Shown: in pieces, positions 53,934 through 63,332 of the stretch
Numbering within the stretch: the first letter of the stretch is position 1
Layout of the letters: the number at the start of each line of letters is the position of its first letter
Source: an uncultured bacterium
GTDB lineage: Bacteria > Patescibacteriota > Patescibacteriia > SG8-24 > DYFX01
DNA: 64,000 nucleotides
Assembly: GCA_937900255.1 (NCBI GenBank)
Contig: CALCDZ010000004.1
Location: 198,391 to 262,390 of the forward strand
Direction: 5' to 3'
Translations under genes and position numbers: made by a program
Notes under the pieces: generated by a model
Seen by the model: only the letters and a program-made list of their open reading frames with translations
Databases searched by the model: none
Told to the model about the DNA's origin: nothing

Positions 53934-55004
53934 GTGCCCCGTTCACGCACCGATATATCCCTGGTACTCGCCGTCTTCGCGGTCGTGGCCGCTTGTACCG
54001 TGGCGGCCTCCCGCTACGGCCATCGCGCTCCGCCGTCGCACGTCTGTCCGCCTCCGGTGCGCAAGGCTCCGGTCGAATCCCGACGCGTGATCATCGTCAG
54101 CGTCGATGGCTTGTCAAGCGATCTCGCCCGCGCGATGCCGCATCTGATGCGGATGGCGGCCGACGGTGCCAGTACCCTCGCCGCATTGGTCCCGGCTGGT
54201 CACACGACCGCCATCTCGCACGCCGCGCTCTTCACCGGTGCTGATCCGTCGGTGAACGGCGTCGTCTGCGAACCGGATGAAGGCGTCTGCAAAGGGTTCC
54301 CGATGCCGCGACGTTCCGGGTTCCATAGCCCGACGTTCCGTTGGACGCCGCTCAAGGTCCACGAGACGCTGTTCACGGCCGTGGAAGGAGCGGGTTTCCG
54401 GGCGCTTGCCGCCGTCCAGAAGGGGAAGCTCGTCGGCCTGCTCCGCCCGAACGGCGATGAGACGGGCATCATCAGCGTCAACGATGCGGAAGAGGTCGTC
54501 CGGACCGGCTGCGACGCCGTGACGGACGGCCGCACGCGCCTCGAGGTGCTGCACTTCAAGATGATCGATGATGCCGGTCACCGTCGCGGCTGGCTCTCGA
54601 AGAGCCAGTACCGGCAAGCAGGCATCGTCGACGCGCAACTGCAGCGGATTCGCGATTGCATCGATGCCGCGAATCGCGTGCTCGGCGCCGTACAGACGGT
54701 GCTGATCGTGACCTCCGACCACGGCGGCACGCCTGGAGGCGGCCACTGCGGACGAGCGTTCGACAACGACGAGACGTGGCTCGTGCCATGGATCGCCGTC
54801 GGTCCCGGCATCAAGCGAGGATACGCCATCGCCCCGCGTTCCGGTCTCAAGCCGGCGAGGGGCGGGCGCGCTACGCCCGCGATGCTTCTCATCGACACCG
54901 CCCCCACTGTCCTTCGTCTGCTCGGCATCCCGGAAACGTCGATCAAGACGCTTTCGAAGGACGCCGTGCCGATCGAAGGCATCCTCAGTCCAGCGGCGCA
55001 GTGA
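53934..55004 (+). CDS. Exported alkaline phosphatase superfamily enzyme (NPP-like)
   Basis: SVDGL, T nucleophile in HTTAISHAALFTG, DDAGH, TSDHGG; GTG after AGGAGGA; N-terminal TM/signal. Confidence 0.85.
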   Translation: MPRSRTDISLVLAVFAVVAACTVAASRYGHRAPPSHVCPPPVRKAPVESRRVIIVSVDGLSSDLARAMPHLMRMAADGASTLAALVPAGHTTAISHAALFTGADPSVNGVVCEPDEGVCKGFPMPRRSGFHSPTFRWTPLKVHETLFTAVEGAGFRALAAVQKGKLVGLLRPNGDETGIISVNDAEEVVRTGCDAVTDGRTRLEVLHFKMIDDAGHRRGWLSKSQYRQAGIVDAQLQRIRDCIDAANRVLGAVQTVLIVTSDHGGTPGGGHCGRAFDNDETWLVPWIAVGPGIKRGYAIAPRSGLKPARGGRATPAMLLIDTAPTVLRLLGIPETSIKTLSKDAVPIEGILSPAAQ

Positions 55005-55074
55005 CCCTGCCCCGCTTTTTTGTTATACTGTCTTTCGAACGCAAGCCACCGCTGCGAAATGTCTCAAACGATCC

Positions 55075-55374
55075 ATGCTGCCGCTCCCGTCGCTCGATGA
55101 ACTCGACGCCCTGTTGTTCCTGGCCGAAGCAGGCGCCGAAGTGCCGGAGATCGACGTGCATGGCGAGCGGATCGATCAGGCGCTCATCGAGGCCGAACGC
55201 CTGGTGCAATCCTCCTTCATCAAAGGGGAACGGGTCCTGCGCCTGATCCACGGGAAAGGGGAGGGGCGTCTGCGCGATGCGTTGCATCGCTGGCTCGGGA
55301 CGCATCGGCTCGTCGCCCGTTATCAGGAAGCGGCCATGGGCGGCGCGACGCTGGTCGCGTTGGTCGAACGTTGA
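55075..55374 (+). CDS. Stand-alone Smr/MutS2 domain protein
   Basis: EIDVHG, IHGKGEGRLR, GGATLV. Confidence 0.88.
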   Translation: MLPLPSLDELDALLFLAEAGAEVPEIDVHGERIDQALIEAERLVQSSFIKGERVLRLIHGKGEGRLRDALHRWLGTHRLVARYQEAAMGGATLVALVER

Positions 55375-55388
55375 ACCATCCTAAAGAT

Positions 55389-56729
55389 ATGGCCGATCGC
55401 CATTTCCGGAAAGCCTGGGTCGTGACCGTCGACATGGGGTACGGGCATGAACGCGCGTCACATGCGCTGAACGATTTGGCGTACTCCGACGTCATCGTCG
55501 CCAATAATTACCCGGGCATCCCCGAGGCCGACAAGAGGCTTTGGAAAGAGAGCCGCATCCTGTATGAAGCCTTTTCGCGTTTCAAATCGGTGCCGATCGT
55601 CGGTCCGGTCGTCTGGGACGTCTTCGACAGCTTCCAGGAGATCAAGCCGTTCTATCCGCGCCGCGATCTCTCGAAGCCGAGCCTGCAGGTACTGCAGCTC
55701 TACCATCTCATCGAGAAGAAAGGGCTCGGACGCGACCTGATCGAGACGTTGCGCAACAAGCGCAAGCTCCCGCTCGTCTGCACGTTCTTCCTCCCGGCCT
55801 TCGCTGCCGACTATTTCGATTACCCCGAGGACATCTACCTCGTGACGACCGATGCGGACGTCAGCCGCGCCTGGGTCGCCAAGGATCCGAAGCGCAGCCG
55901 CATCAAGTATTTCGCTTCGAACGGGCGGGTGGTCGAGCGCCTCAAGCTCTACGGCGTGCCGCCTGAAAACATCTTCCTGACGGGGTTCCCGCTCTCGAAG
56001 GACCTGATCGGCGGAGCCGCCTACGGGACGATCAAGCGCGATCTCGGAGAGCGCATCTGCCACCTGGATCCGAACGCGGTCTTTTACGCGAAATACGAGG
56101 ACACCATCAGGAAAGAGATCGGAGCGATGAATTGCCGTCGCGAGCCGACTCATCCATTGACGCTGACGTTCAGCGTCGGCGGCGCCGGCGCGCAGCGCGA
56201 GCTCGGGCTCCAGATCGCGGAGAGCCTTCGGGAGAAGATCCGGAGCGGCAAGATCCTCCTGAATCTCGTGGCCGGCACCAAGAAGGATGCTGCCGCTTAT
56301 TTCAAGAGGGGCCTGATGGAGCTGGGACTCGGTTCGGACCTTGGGGAAGGGGTGCATATCCAATATTTTCCCGATCGCTCCAGCTATTTCCGGAAGTTCG
56401 ACCAGCTGGTGCGGCACTCGGACATCCTCTGGACCAAGCCGAGCGAACTTTCGTTCTACACCGGCATCGGACTGCCGATCATCGTCGCGCCGCCGATCGG
56501 ATCGCAGGAGAAGTTCAACGAGCTTTGGCTGCGCACGGTCGGCGGAGGCACGCCGCAGCACGACCCTCGTTACGCGGACGAGTGGCTGTTCGACTGGGTC
56601 GAATCCGGCGGGTTGGCCCGCATGGCCTGGAACGGGTTCATCGAGGCGCCCACGCACGGCGCCTATCGGATAGAGGAAATCATCACCGGATTGCCGGTCG
56701 AACTGGAAAAGCTTCCGCTCATCGTCTGA
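55389..56729 (+). CDS. GT-B fold glycosyltransferase-like protein (DUF6938/MGDG-synthase-like)
   Basis: VDMGYGHERA, LTGFPL, SVGGAGAQ, WTKPSELSFY, GSQEKFN. Confidence 0.75.
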   Translation: MADRHFRKAWVVTVDMGYGHERASHALNDLAYSDVIVANNYPGIPEADKRLWKESRILYEAFSRFKSVPIVGPVVWDVFDSFQEIKPFYPRRDLSKPSLQVLQLYHLIEKKGLGRDLIETLRNKRKLPLVCTFFLPAFAADYFDYPEDIYLVTTDADVSRAWVAKDPKRSRIKYFASNGRVVERLKLYGVPPENIFLTGFPLSKDLIGGAAYGTIKRDLGERICHLDPNAVFYAKYEDTIRKEIGAMNCRREPTHPLTLTFSVGGAGAQRELGLQIAESLREKIRSGKILLNLVAGTKKDAAAYFKRGLMELGLGSDLGEGVHIQYFPDRSSYFRKFDQLVRHSDILWTKPSELSFYTGIGLPIIVAPPIGSQEKFNELWLRTVGGGTPQHDPRYADEWLFDWVESGGLARMAWNGFIEAPTHGAYRIEEIITGLPVELEKLPLIV

Positions 56730-56730
56730 C

Positions 56731-57714
56731 ATGGTCCTGCGCAAGCGCGTCATCGTCCTGGCACTCATCGCGCTGGTCATCGCCGGACTCGGCTTTTGGT
56801 ACGGGCGCGACGCGCTCAGGCGCGACCCGCGACCTGCCTATGGCGTGACGTTCTCGACCCAGTACGCACGCTCGTTGGGATTGGATTGGCGGAAGGCCTT
56901 TCTCGCGACGCTGGACGATCTCCGGGTGCGCAAGTTCCGCATCCCAGTCTATTGGGACGACGTGGAAGGCGAACGCGGAAACGTCGATTGGTCCGAGGTC
57001 GATTGGATGTTGGAGCAAGCCGCTTCGCGCAAGGCGGAGGTCATCTTGGCAGTCGGGCGCAAGACGCCGCGTTGGCCGGAGTGCCACGTCCCGGCCTGGG
57101 CCGAAAGGATGGACGAAACCGCGCAACGCAAGGAAGTCCTGCGTTTCCTGAAAGAGGAGATCGGCCATTTCAAGGGGGTGGCGACCGTAAAGGTATGGCA
57201 GGTCGAGAACGAACCGCTTTTCCAATTCGGGAAATGCCCGCCGCCTGACCGTGCCTTCCTCAAGCAGGAAATCGAAATGGTGCGGAGCCTGGATACGCGG
57301 CCCATCATGGTCACCGACAGCGGGGAGCTTTCGACTTGGATCCGCACCGGGACGCTGGGGGACATCCTGGGCATCAGCATGTATAGGCTGGTCTGGAACA
57401 AGTATCTCGGCGAGCTCTACTGGCCGCTCTCGCCGATTTATTACACCGATCGGATGAACCTGATCGGACCGGTGGTCAAGAAGGTGATCATCAGCGAATT
57501 GCAGGCCGAGCCCTGGTTCCGCAAGGCTCCTGACCGGACGCCGATCGACGAGCAGCTTTCCCAGATGGATGCCTCGCGCTTGCGCTCGAACGCCGATTTC
57601 GCCGCCTCTACCGGAGCCTCGGAGATTTATCTCTGGGGCGTCGAATGGTGGTTCTGGCTCAAGTCTCAAGGGCATGCCGAACTTTGGGAAGCCGCACGCG
57701 GGCTCTATACGTGA
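56731..57714 (+). CDS. Membrane-anchored clan GH-A glycoside hydrolase
   Basis: N-terminal TM; RIPVYW; WQVENEP (acid/base); ISELQAEPW (nucleophile). Confidence 0.82.
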   Translation: MVLRKRVIVLALIALVIAGLGFWYGRDALRRDPRPAYGVTFSTQYARSLGLDWRKAFLATLDDLRVRKFRIPVYWDDVEGERGNVDWSEVDWMLEQAASRKAEVILAVGRKTPRWPECHVPAWAERMDETAQRKEVLRFLKEEIGHFKGVATVKVWQVENEPLFQFGKCPPPDRAFLKQEIEMVRSLDTRPIMVTDSGELSTWIRTGTLGDILGISMYRLVWNKYLGELYWPLSPIYYTDRMNLIGPVVKKVIISELQAEPWFRKAPDRTPIDEQLSQMDASRLRSNADFAASTGASEIYLWGVEWWFWLKSQGHAELWEAARGLYT

Positions 57715-57726
57715 TACCATGTCCGC

Positions 57727-58866
57727 ATGGAGACGATGATCGGCCATGTCGCTCAGCCCGCGCGCTACAAGGATCTGTTCGAGCCGTTGCTCGACGCCGT
57801 CCCTTGCGCGCTCTTCTACGTGGATGCCGCAGGAGTCGTGCAGGCGGCCAACGGCCTTTTCGGCGTTTTTTTCGGCCTGGATCCCGTCGAGGCGGTCGGC
57901 CGCCCCGTCTCGTCGTTGGCCGATGCCTGGTCACGGGCGATGGCGGAACCGATGAGCTATCATGAGGTCGTCGCTCATCCTTTCGAGGAACGGTCTTCCG
58001 ATTTCGTCCGCGACGTCGAGGTCATCGCGCCGGAACATCGTTACCTTGAGGTCGCCAGTTCGCCGGTCCGCGGTTCCGGCGCGTATCTCGGCCGGCTTTG
58101 GACGATCCGAGACGTCACGCGCGACCGCGAGATCACGGAACTCAAGATCCGTTACGGCGGCCTGCGGAACGCCGACGAGATCAAGTCGAAGTTCCTGACG
58201 GTCGCTTCGCATCAGCTCCGGACGCCGATGAACTCGATGCGCTGGAACCTCGAGCTGATGCTTTCTGACGACAAGGCGATTTCCGCGCAGTCGCGCGGCA
58301 TGTTGCACGAGGTATATCAAAGCGTGCTTGCCGGACTCTCGATCATCGATGACATGCTGCTGGCGGTGGATATCGAGCAGCGGACGCTGCGGCTTGAAAA
58401 AGCCTCGGTCGACATCGCAGAAACGGTCAGCAAGGTCATCCGTGACCACGCGCGCAGCGCCTCGCTTCGTTCGGTGGCGCTGTCGCTCACGGTGGCGAAG
58501 GGATTGCCGCCGCTGTTCATCGACGGCGGGAAGATGGAAAAGGCCCTGGGAAGGTTGGTCGATAACGCCATCAGGTATACGCCGCCGGGAGGACACGTCG
58601 ACGTCGGGGTCTTTGCCGGTAAGGATGACGTCTCGGTTTCCATCCGGGATACGGGTATCGGCATCACCGAAGAGGACCAGGCGCGCCTTTTCGGACGCTT
58701 CTACCGTTCCGAACGCTCCATCAAGCTGAATCCCGACGCGTCGGGTCTCGGCCTGTATATCGCCAAATACATCATCGACGCGCACGATGGGAAGATCGGT
58801 TTCCGTTCAAAGGAGGGGAGAGGATCCACATTCACCGTCTCGTTGCCGCGTAGGGCGGCCAAATGA
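57727..58866 (+). CDS. Cytoplasmic PAS sensor histidine kinase
   Basis: PAS/PAC (RDVT), SHQLRTP, DNAIRY, DTGIGI, GLGLYI. Confidence 0.92.
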   Translation: METMIGHVAQPARYKDLFEPLLDAVPCALFYVDAAGVVQAANGLFGVFFGLDPVEAVGRPVSSLADAWSRAMAEPMSYHEVVAHPFEERSSDFVRDVEVIAPEHRYLEVASSPVRGSGAYLGRLWTIRDVTRDREITELKIRYGGLRNADEIKSKFLTVASHQLRTPMNSMRWNLELMLSDDKAISAQSRGMLHEVYQSVLAGLSIIDDMLLAVDIEQRTLRLEKASVDIAETVSKVIRDHARSASLRSVALSLTVAKGLPPLFIDGGKMEKALGRLVDNAIRYTPPGGHVDVGVFAGKDDVSVSIRDTGIGITEEDQARLFGRFYRSERSIKLNPDASGLGLYIAKYIIDAHDGKIGFRSKEGRGSTFTVSLPRRAAK

Positions 58867-60002
58867 ATCCTATGCGAAAAGAAGATCGCGTGACATCGAG
58901 GTTCGGGCAGGGTTCCGAGGCGGCCGGTTGGGCGCTGGTCGCCGCCCTCCTCTCGTCCTCTTTCTTGCTGCCCGTGCCCGCGTTCCGTTGGCAGCAGGCG
59001 TGGCAATACGCCGTCATCGCCATGATGGGCGCCATGAACCTGCTGGCGCGCGGCGCAAGGATCGGGGCGGAAGACGGCCCATCGGCCTCCCGCCGGGAAG
59101 AGACGCTATCGGCCCTCATCGGCATCGGGATGATCGCGCTGCTGACTTCGTATCTGCTCGCGTCTCCCGCATCCGCGTCCCTCGCGCCGCTCTACCTGCT
59201 GCCGATCGCCGGCGCCGCGCTGACGTTGCGGGAGAGGGTCGTCATAGGCGAGGCGGCGGCTTCCGTCATCTCGCTGCTCTTGCTGCAGGCGGTCGAAGTC
59301 GGGCCCGGCCCGTTCTGGACGACGGGGTTCCTCGTCCGCGCGGGCGTCTTCTGCTGCGTTTCCGCCTGTCTGGCGGCCGCAGCGGGCTTGCTGCGTCGCG
59401 CATGGGTCGAGGCGGATGAGGCCGCTTCCGACCTTTCATTTCAGCTCAGCCATGTCCAGGCGCTCGGTGCGCTGGCGCGGCAAGGTGCGCTGTCATCGGA
59501 GCCGGACCGGCTGGCCGATCGCGCCGGTGAAATCGTCGCCCAGGCTGCCGGTGCCGACCGGCACGTCGTTTACCTGTGCGAAAACGGGCCGCGGGCGGGA
59601 TTCCGCCGCATCGGCGGATCCAAAGCCGATGGCCGTCAGGAGAGTGACTTCCTGGCCGCAGAAGCTGAAAAAGGCGTTCTCGGCGGCGTCCTCGAGACCG
59701 GCGTGCCGCGGGAAATCGACGGGCCTCCTGGGACCCAGCGCATGTTGGTGCTTCCGCTCGGCGACCGCCAAGCGCCGATCGGGGTCATTTGCCTGTTGAA
59801 CCAGGATGGCGGACGTTTTCCGGAGGATGCTCTTCCGCGATGCGAACGGCTGGTCGGTTTCACGTCGGATCTCCTGGCAGGGGCCTTGCGGCTCAGACGT
59901 ATCGGCGACGAGCGGCGGGAAGTCGAACGGATGGCGAGGTTGCTCGCTGGCCGTTCCGGAGGAAAGAAGAAAAAGGTCCCCAAGCCCGGAAGCGGCCTAT
60001 GA
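58863..60002 (+). CDS. Multi-TM membrane protein with GAF domain, no transmitter domain
   Basis: ~6 TMs, coiled coil, LVLPL...IGVICL...F.EDA GAF pattern. Confidence 0.75.
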   Translation: MNPMRKEDRVTSRFGQGSEAAGWALVAALLSSSFLLPVPAFRWQQAWQYAVIAMMGAMNLLARGARIGAEDGPSASRREETLSALIGIGMIALLTSYLLASPASASLAPLYLLPIAGAALTLRERVVIGEAAASVISLLLLQAVEVGPGPFWTTGFLVRAGVFCCVSACLAAAAGLLRRAWVEADEAASDLSFQLSHVQALGALARQGALSSEPDRLADRAGEIVAQAAGADRHVVYLCENGPRAGFRRIGGSKADGRQESDFLAAEAEKGVLGGVLETGVPREIDGPPGTQRMLVLPLGDRQAPIGVICLLNQDGGRFPEDALPRCERLVGFTSDLLAGALRLRRIGDERREVERMARLLAGRSGGKKKKVPKPGSGL

Positions 60003-62506
60003 AGTTGCGCATGCGGATGGCGTGGTTCGAAATCGCCACCGGGTTCCTGACGCTCTTCGCCGCGGGCGTGGCGTTCACCGCGCCAGGAGGAGGGACGCCC
60101 GGCATCGCCGCTTCTTGGGCGGCGCGCATCGTCGCGACCGGACTCTTCTTAGCTTTTTGCGCGATCTTCCTTTCACATGGACTGGGGCGCTACCGGCTCG
60201 CCCGCGCCCTATGCTTTTCCTTTTTCTCCGCCGTCAGCATCGCTTGTTCCGCATGGTTCGCTTTCGGCGGGCGATATGAAACGGCGGTCTTGCAGGGGTT
60301 CCTGGGCGTGTGGTACGGAGCCGTCGCTTTTTTCCAATCGGCGTTTCCTTCGCCGGGAACCCATGAGGCTTCGCGTTTCCAGGCGCTCAACCTGTACGTC
60401 GCTCCCGCCTACGCCGCCCTGTCCGTGCTGCGGATGGGTCTCCATTCGCTCGTCTCCCTCTTCGGAGCCGGTTCGCTCATGTGCACTGCGTTCTTGCTGG
60501 TCTGGGCGGAGCTTCGCGGCAAGCCGCGGACGCGTACCATCGCCGCTTCCCTCGCGTCGGCGGCCGCGCTCATCGCCGCCATCGGCGACATGGTCGCTGG
60601 CTCCGATGAAAGGGCGACGGGCGCGCTTCTCGTCCTTTTTTCCGTCATGGCGATGTCGGTGGCCCGCCGGGAAGACTCGCCGGAATCTGCCGACGATCTG
60701 ACGGGCCTCACGCGACGTCAGCAGGAATTGCATGTCCAAGAAAGGGCGGCGGAGACGGCGCTCTGGGCCATCGTGGCCTCATCGGCGCTCTACGTGAATT
60801 TTATCGACCGTTTCGACGCCCGGCTTTATTTCGCCGCCGCGTTCCTTTTTGCCGCCGCGATGACGCTCGGGTTCAGGCTCAAATCAGCGAGGGATTTGGA
60901 TGAGCGGAAGTACCCGCCGATCCTTTCCCTGATCGTCCTCGCCTCGGTCCTGTTCATCTCGGCGACCGGAGGCGCGTCCGGCCCGTTCGTCTTCCTGGCC
61001 TATCTGGTGATTTACGTCGGCGCCGCCATCGCGGCTCCGGCCTGGTCGGTCGTCGCATCCGCGGCTTTCGCCGCCTATGTGATGCTGGAATTCCTCGCCT
61101 GGCGGCTTTCACCGGAAGCGGGAGCGGCCTCGTTGTCCGAAATAAGCCGTCATGCGGCGGAGGCCGTTTCCTGTTCAGCGACGCTCGTCCTGACGGGCTT
61201 CTATGCCGTCTGGACGAGGCGACGTCGCGCGAAGATCGAGCGATCGCTTCTCGACGCCAACCATCGGCTGGCGGAGGTCTTGAAGACCGCCGTGCATGAA
61301 CGCGAGCAATCGCGGAAGCAATCCGAGGAGCAGCGCCGCCTCAACGACGACCTGGTCAGGATGCGCTCCGCGCTCATGAACGTCCTGGAAGATGTCGAGG
61401 AGTCCAAACGACAGATCCAGCTGGACCGACGTCGTCAGACCGCGAGCCTCAACGCCCTCGGCGAGGGAGTCATCGCTGCGGAAAAGGACGGCAAGATCTT
61501 CCTCTGCAACCCTGCGGGAGCGCATCTTCTCGGCCTTGAACCGGAAGCGGTGATCGGGAAACCCTTCGACCAGACCATCCGTCTTTTCCTGGAAGACAGC
61601 GATGTCCTTCAGACCGCGGCATTCGAGGCGGCGTTCGCCGGACGCGGCGCGGAGCTCGGGAGGCGGTTGATGCTGTTGCGTTCGGATGGCCGGCGGCTCG
61701 CGGTCTCAGGCACCGTCGCTCCGTATTTCGACGAGACGAACCGGCTCTCCGGCATCGTGCTGGCGTTCCGCGACGTCACGCTCGAGCGGGACATCGACCG
61801 TCAGAAGTCGGATTTCATCTCGATCGCCTCCCATCAGCTGCGCACGCCCCTGTCGGCGCTGCGCTGGTTCCTGGACCTGCTGCTCGCGGGGGACGCGGGC
61901 CCGCTGCAACCGACCCAAAAGGAGTACCTGACGGACATGTCGGTCTCGACCGCTCGCATGATCAAGCTGGTCGGCGATCTGCTGGACGTCACGCGCATCG
62001 AATCCGGGCGATTGAAAGCCTCTCCTGAACGCGTGGAGGTCGCGGGATTCCTTGCGGGGCTGCTTCGCGAGTACGCGCCGCTCATCAAGTCGCGGGACAT
62101 CCGGTTCACGTCCGATATCGCGCCGGAAGCCCGGACGTTCCATGCCGATCCGAACCTCGTCTATCAGGCGATCTCCAACATCCTCTCGAATGCCGTCAAG
62201 TACACGCCCGATGGCGGGACCGTGACCCTTTCCGTGAGGGTCGTGGGTTCGGAATGCGTCTTCGCGGTCAGGGATACCGGCGTCGGCATCCCCAAAAACC
62301 AGCAATACCGCGTCTATGACAAGTTCTTCCGCGGGGAGAACGTCGTCGCCAAGGAAACGGTCGGGAGCGGCATCGGCCTGTACGTGACGCATCTCATCGT
62401 CGAGCTTTCCGGAGGCCGGACCTGGTTCGAATCGCGCGAAGGGAAGGGGACGGTCTTTTACGTGGCCTTGCCCGTCAAGCCGCCCGAAGGTACACTGGCA
62501 TCATAA
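59999..62506 (+). CDS. Multi-TM PAS sensor histidine kinase
   Basis: >10 TMs, coiled coil, PAS (CNPAG...FRDVT), SHQLRTP, SNAVKY, DTGVGI, GIGLYV. Confidence 0.92.
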   Translation: MKLRMRMAWFEIATGFLTLFAAGVAFTAPGGGTPGIAASWAARIVATGLFLAFCAIFLSHGLGRYRLARALCFSFFSAVSIACSAWFAFGGRYETAVLQGFLGVWYGAVAFFQSAFPSPGTHEASRFQALNLYVAPAYAALSVLRMGLHSLVSLFGAGSLMCTAFLLVWAELRGKPRTRTIAASLASAAALIAAIGDMVAGSDERATGALLVLFSVMAMSVARREDSPESADDLTGLTRRQQELHVQERAAETALWAIVASSALYVNFIDRFDARLYFAAAFLFAAAMTLGFRLKSARDLDERKYPPILSLIVLASVLFISATGGASGPFVFLAYLVIYVGAAIAAPAWSVVASAAFAAYVMLEFLAWRLSPEAGAASLSEISRHAAEAVSCSATLVLTGFYAVWTRRRRAKIERSLLDANHRLAEVLKTAVHEREQSRKQSEEQRRLNDDLVRMRSALMNVLEDVEESKRQIQLDRRRQTASLNALGEGVIAAEKDGKIFLCNPAGAHLLGLEPEAVIGKPFDQTIRLFLEDSDVLQTAAFEAAFAGRGAELGRRLMLLRSDGRRLAVSGTVAPYFDETNRLSGIVLAFRDVTLERDIDRQKSDFISIASHQLRTPLSALRWFLDLLLAGDAGPLQPTQKEYLTDMSVSTARMIKLVGDLLDVTRIESGRLKASPERVEVAGFLAGLLREYAPLIKSRDIRFTSDIAPEARTFHADPNLVYQAISNILSNAVKYTPDGGTVTLSVRVVGSECVFAVRDTGVGIPKNQQYRVYDKFFRGENVVAKETVGSGIGLYVTHLIVELSGGRTWFESREGKGTVFYVALPVKPPEGTLAS

Positions 62507-62523
62507 GTCACTGCGTTCCCGTC

Positions 62524-62898
62524 ATGGCAAAAACCATCCTGATCGTCGAAGACGAGCTGAGCATGCAGCGGGCCCTCAAGAGCAAGCTGGAACATGCGGG
62601 TTACGTCGTCCGTGCCGCCGTCGACGGCGAAGAGGCACTGGCGTCGTTGCGCGCCTCCAAGCCAGACCTGATGCTCCTGGACCTCATCATGCCGAAGATG
62701 GACGGGATCAGCGTGCTCCGCCAGGTCAAGTCCGACGAGGACCTGCGCGCGGTGCCCGTCGTGATCCTCACCAACCTGAGTTCCGGCGACAAGGTCGCCG
62801 AAGCGATGCAGCTCGGGACGTTCGATTTCCTTGTCAAGGCGAACTATTCGCTCGACGACGTCTTGAAGAAAGTCGTCGATCGCGTGGGTCAGCCGTGA
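62524..62898 (+). CDS. Single-domain response regulator
   Basis: ILIVEDE, LLDLIMP, ILTN, FLVK. Confidence 0.93.
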   Translation: MAKTILIVEDELSMQRALKSKLEHAGYVVRAAVDGEEALASLRASKPDLMLLDLIMPKMDGISVLRQVKSDEDLRAVPVVILTNLSSGDKVAEAMQLGTFDFLVKANYSLDDVLKKVVDRVGQP

Positions 62899-62911
62899 TC
62901 CACCGCTTGCT

Positions 62912-63295
62912 ATGCCGAAAAAAGCCCCCATCAAGATCCTGGTCGTCGAAGACGAGACGTTCCTCGTCAAGATCTATGCGGTGAAGCTGAAGAAGGAGGG
63001 GTTCGACGTGATGATCGCGAACGACGGAGAGGCGGCCGTCAGGTCGGCGGAAGAGTTCAAGCCCGACCTGATCCTCCTTGACCTGATCCTGCCCAAGATG
63101 AACGGATTCGAAGCGCTCGAGAAGATCCGCGCCGGCACCGTCAATCGCAAGACGCCCGTCATCGTGCTTTCGAACCTGGGGCAGGAAGAGGACATCAAGC
63201 GCGCCGCGGCCCTCGGCGCGGACGATTATCTCGTCAAGGCCAATTTCTCCATCCAGGACATCGTGGCCAAGATCCGTGAGACGCTCGATAAGTAA
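62912..63295 (+). CDS. Single-domain response regulator
   Basis: ILVVEDE, LLDLILP, VLSN, YLVK. Confidence 0.93.
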   Translation: MPKKAPIKILVVEDETFLVKIYAVKLKKEGFDVMIANDGEAAVRSAEEFKPDLILLDLILPKMNGFEALEKIRAGTVNRKTPVIVLSNLGQEEDIKRAAALGADDYLVKANFSIQDIVAKIRETLDK

Positions 63296-63332
63296 ACGCC
63301 GGCAGCCGGCGCCGTAAGGAAAGGGGGAGACC

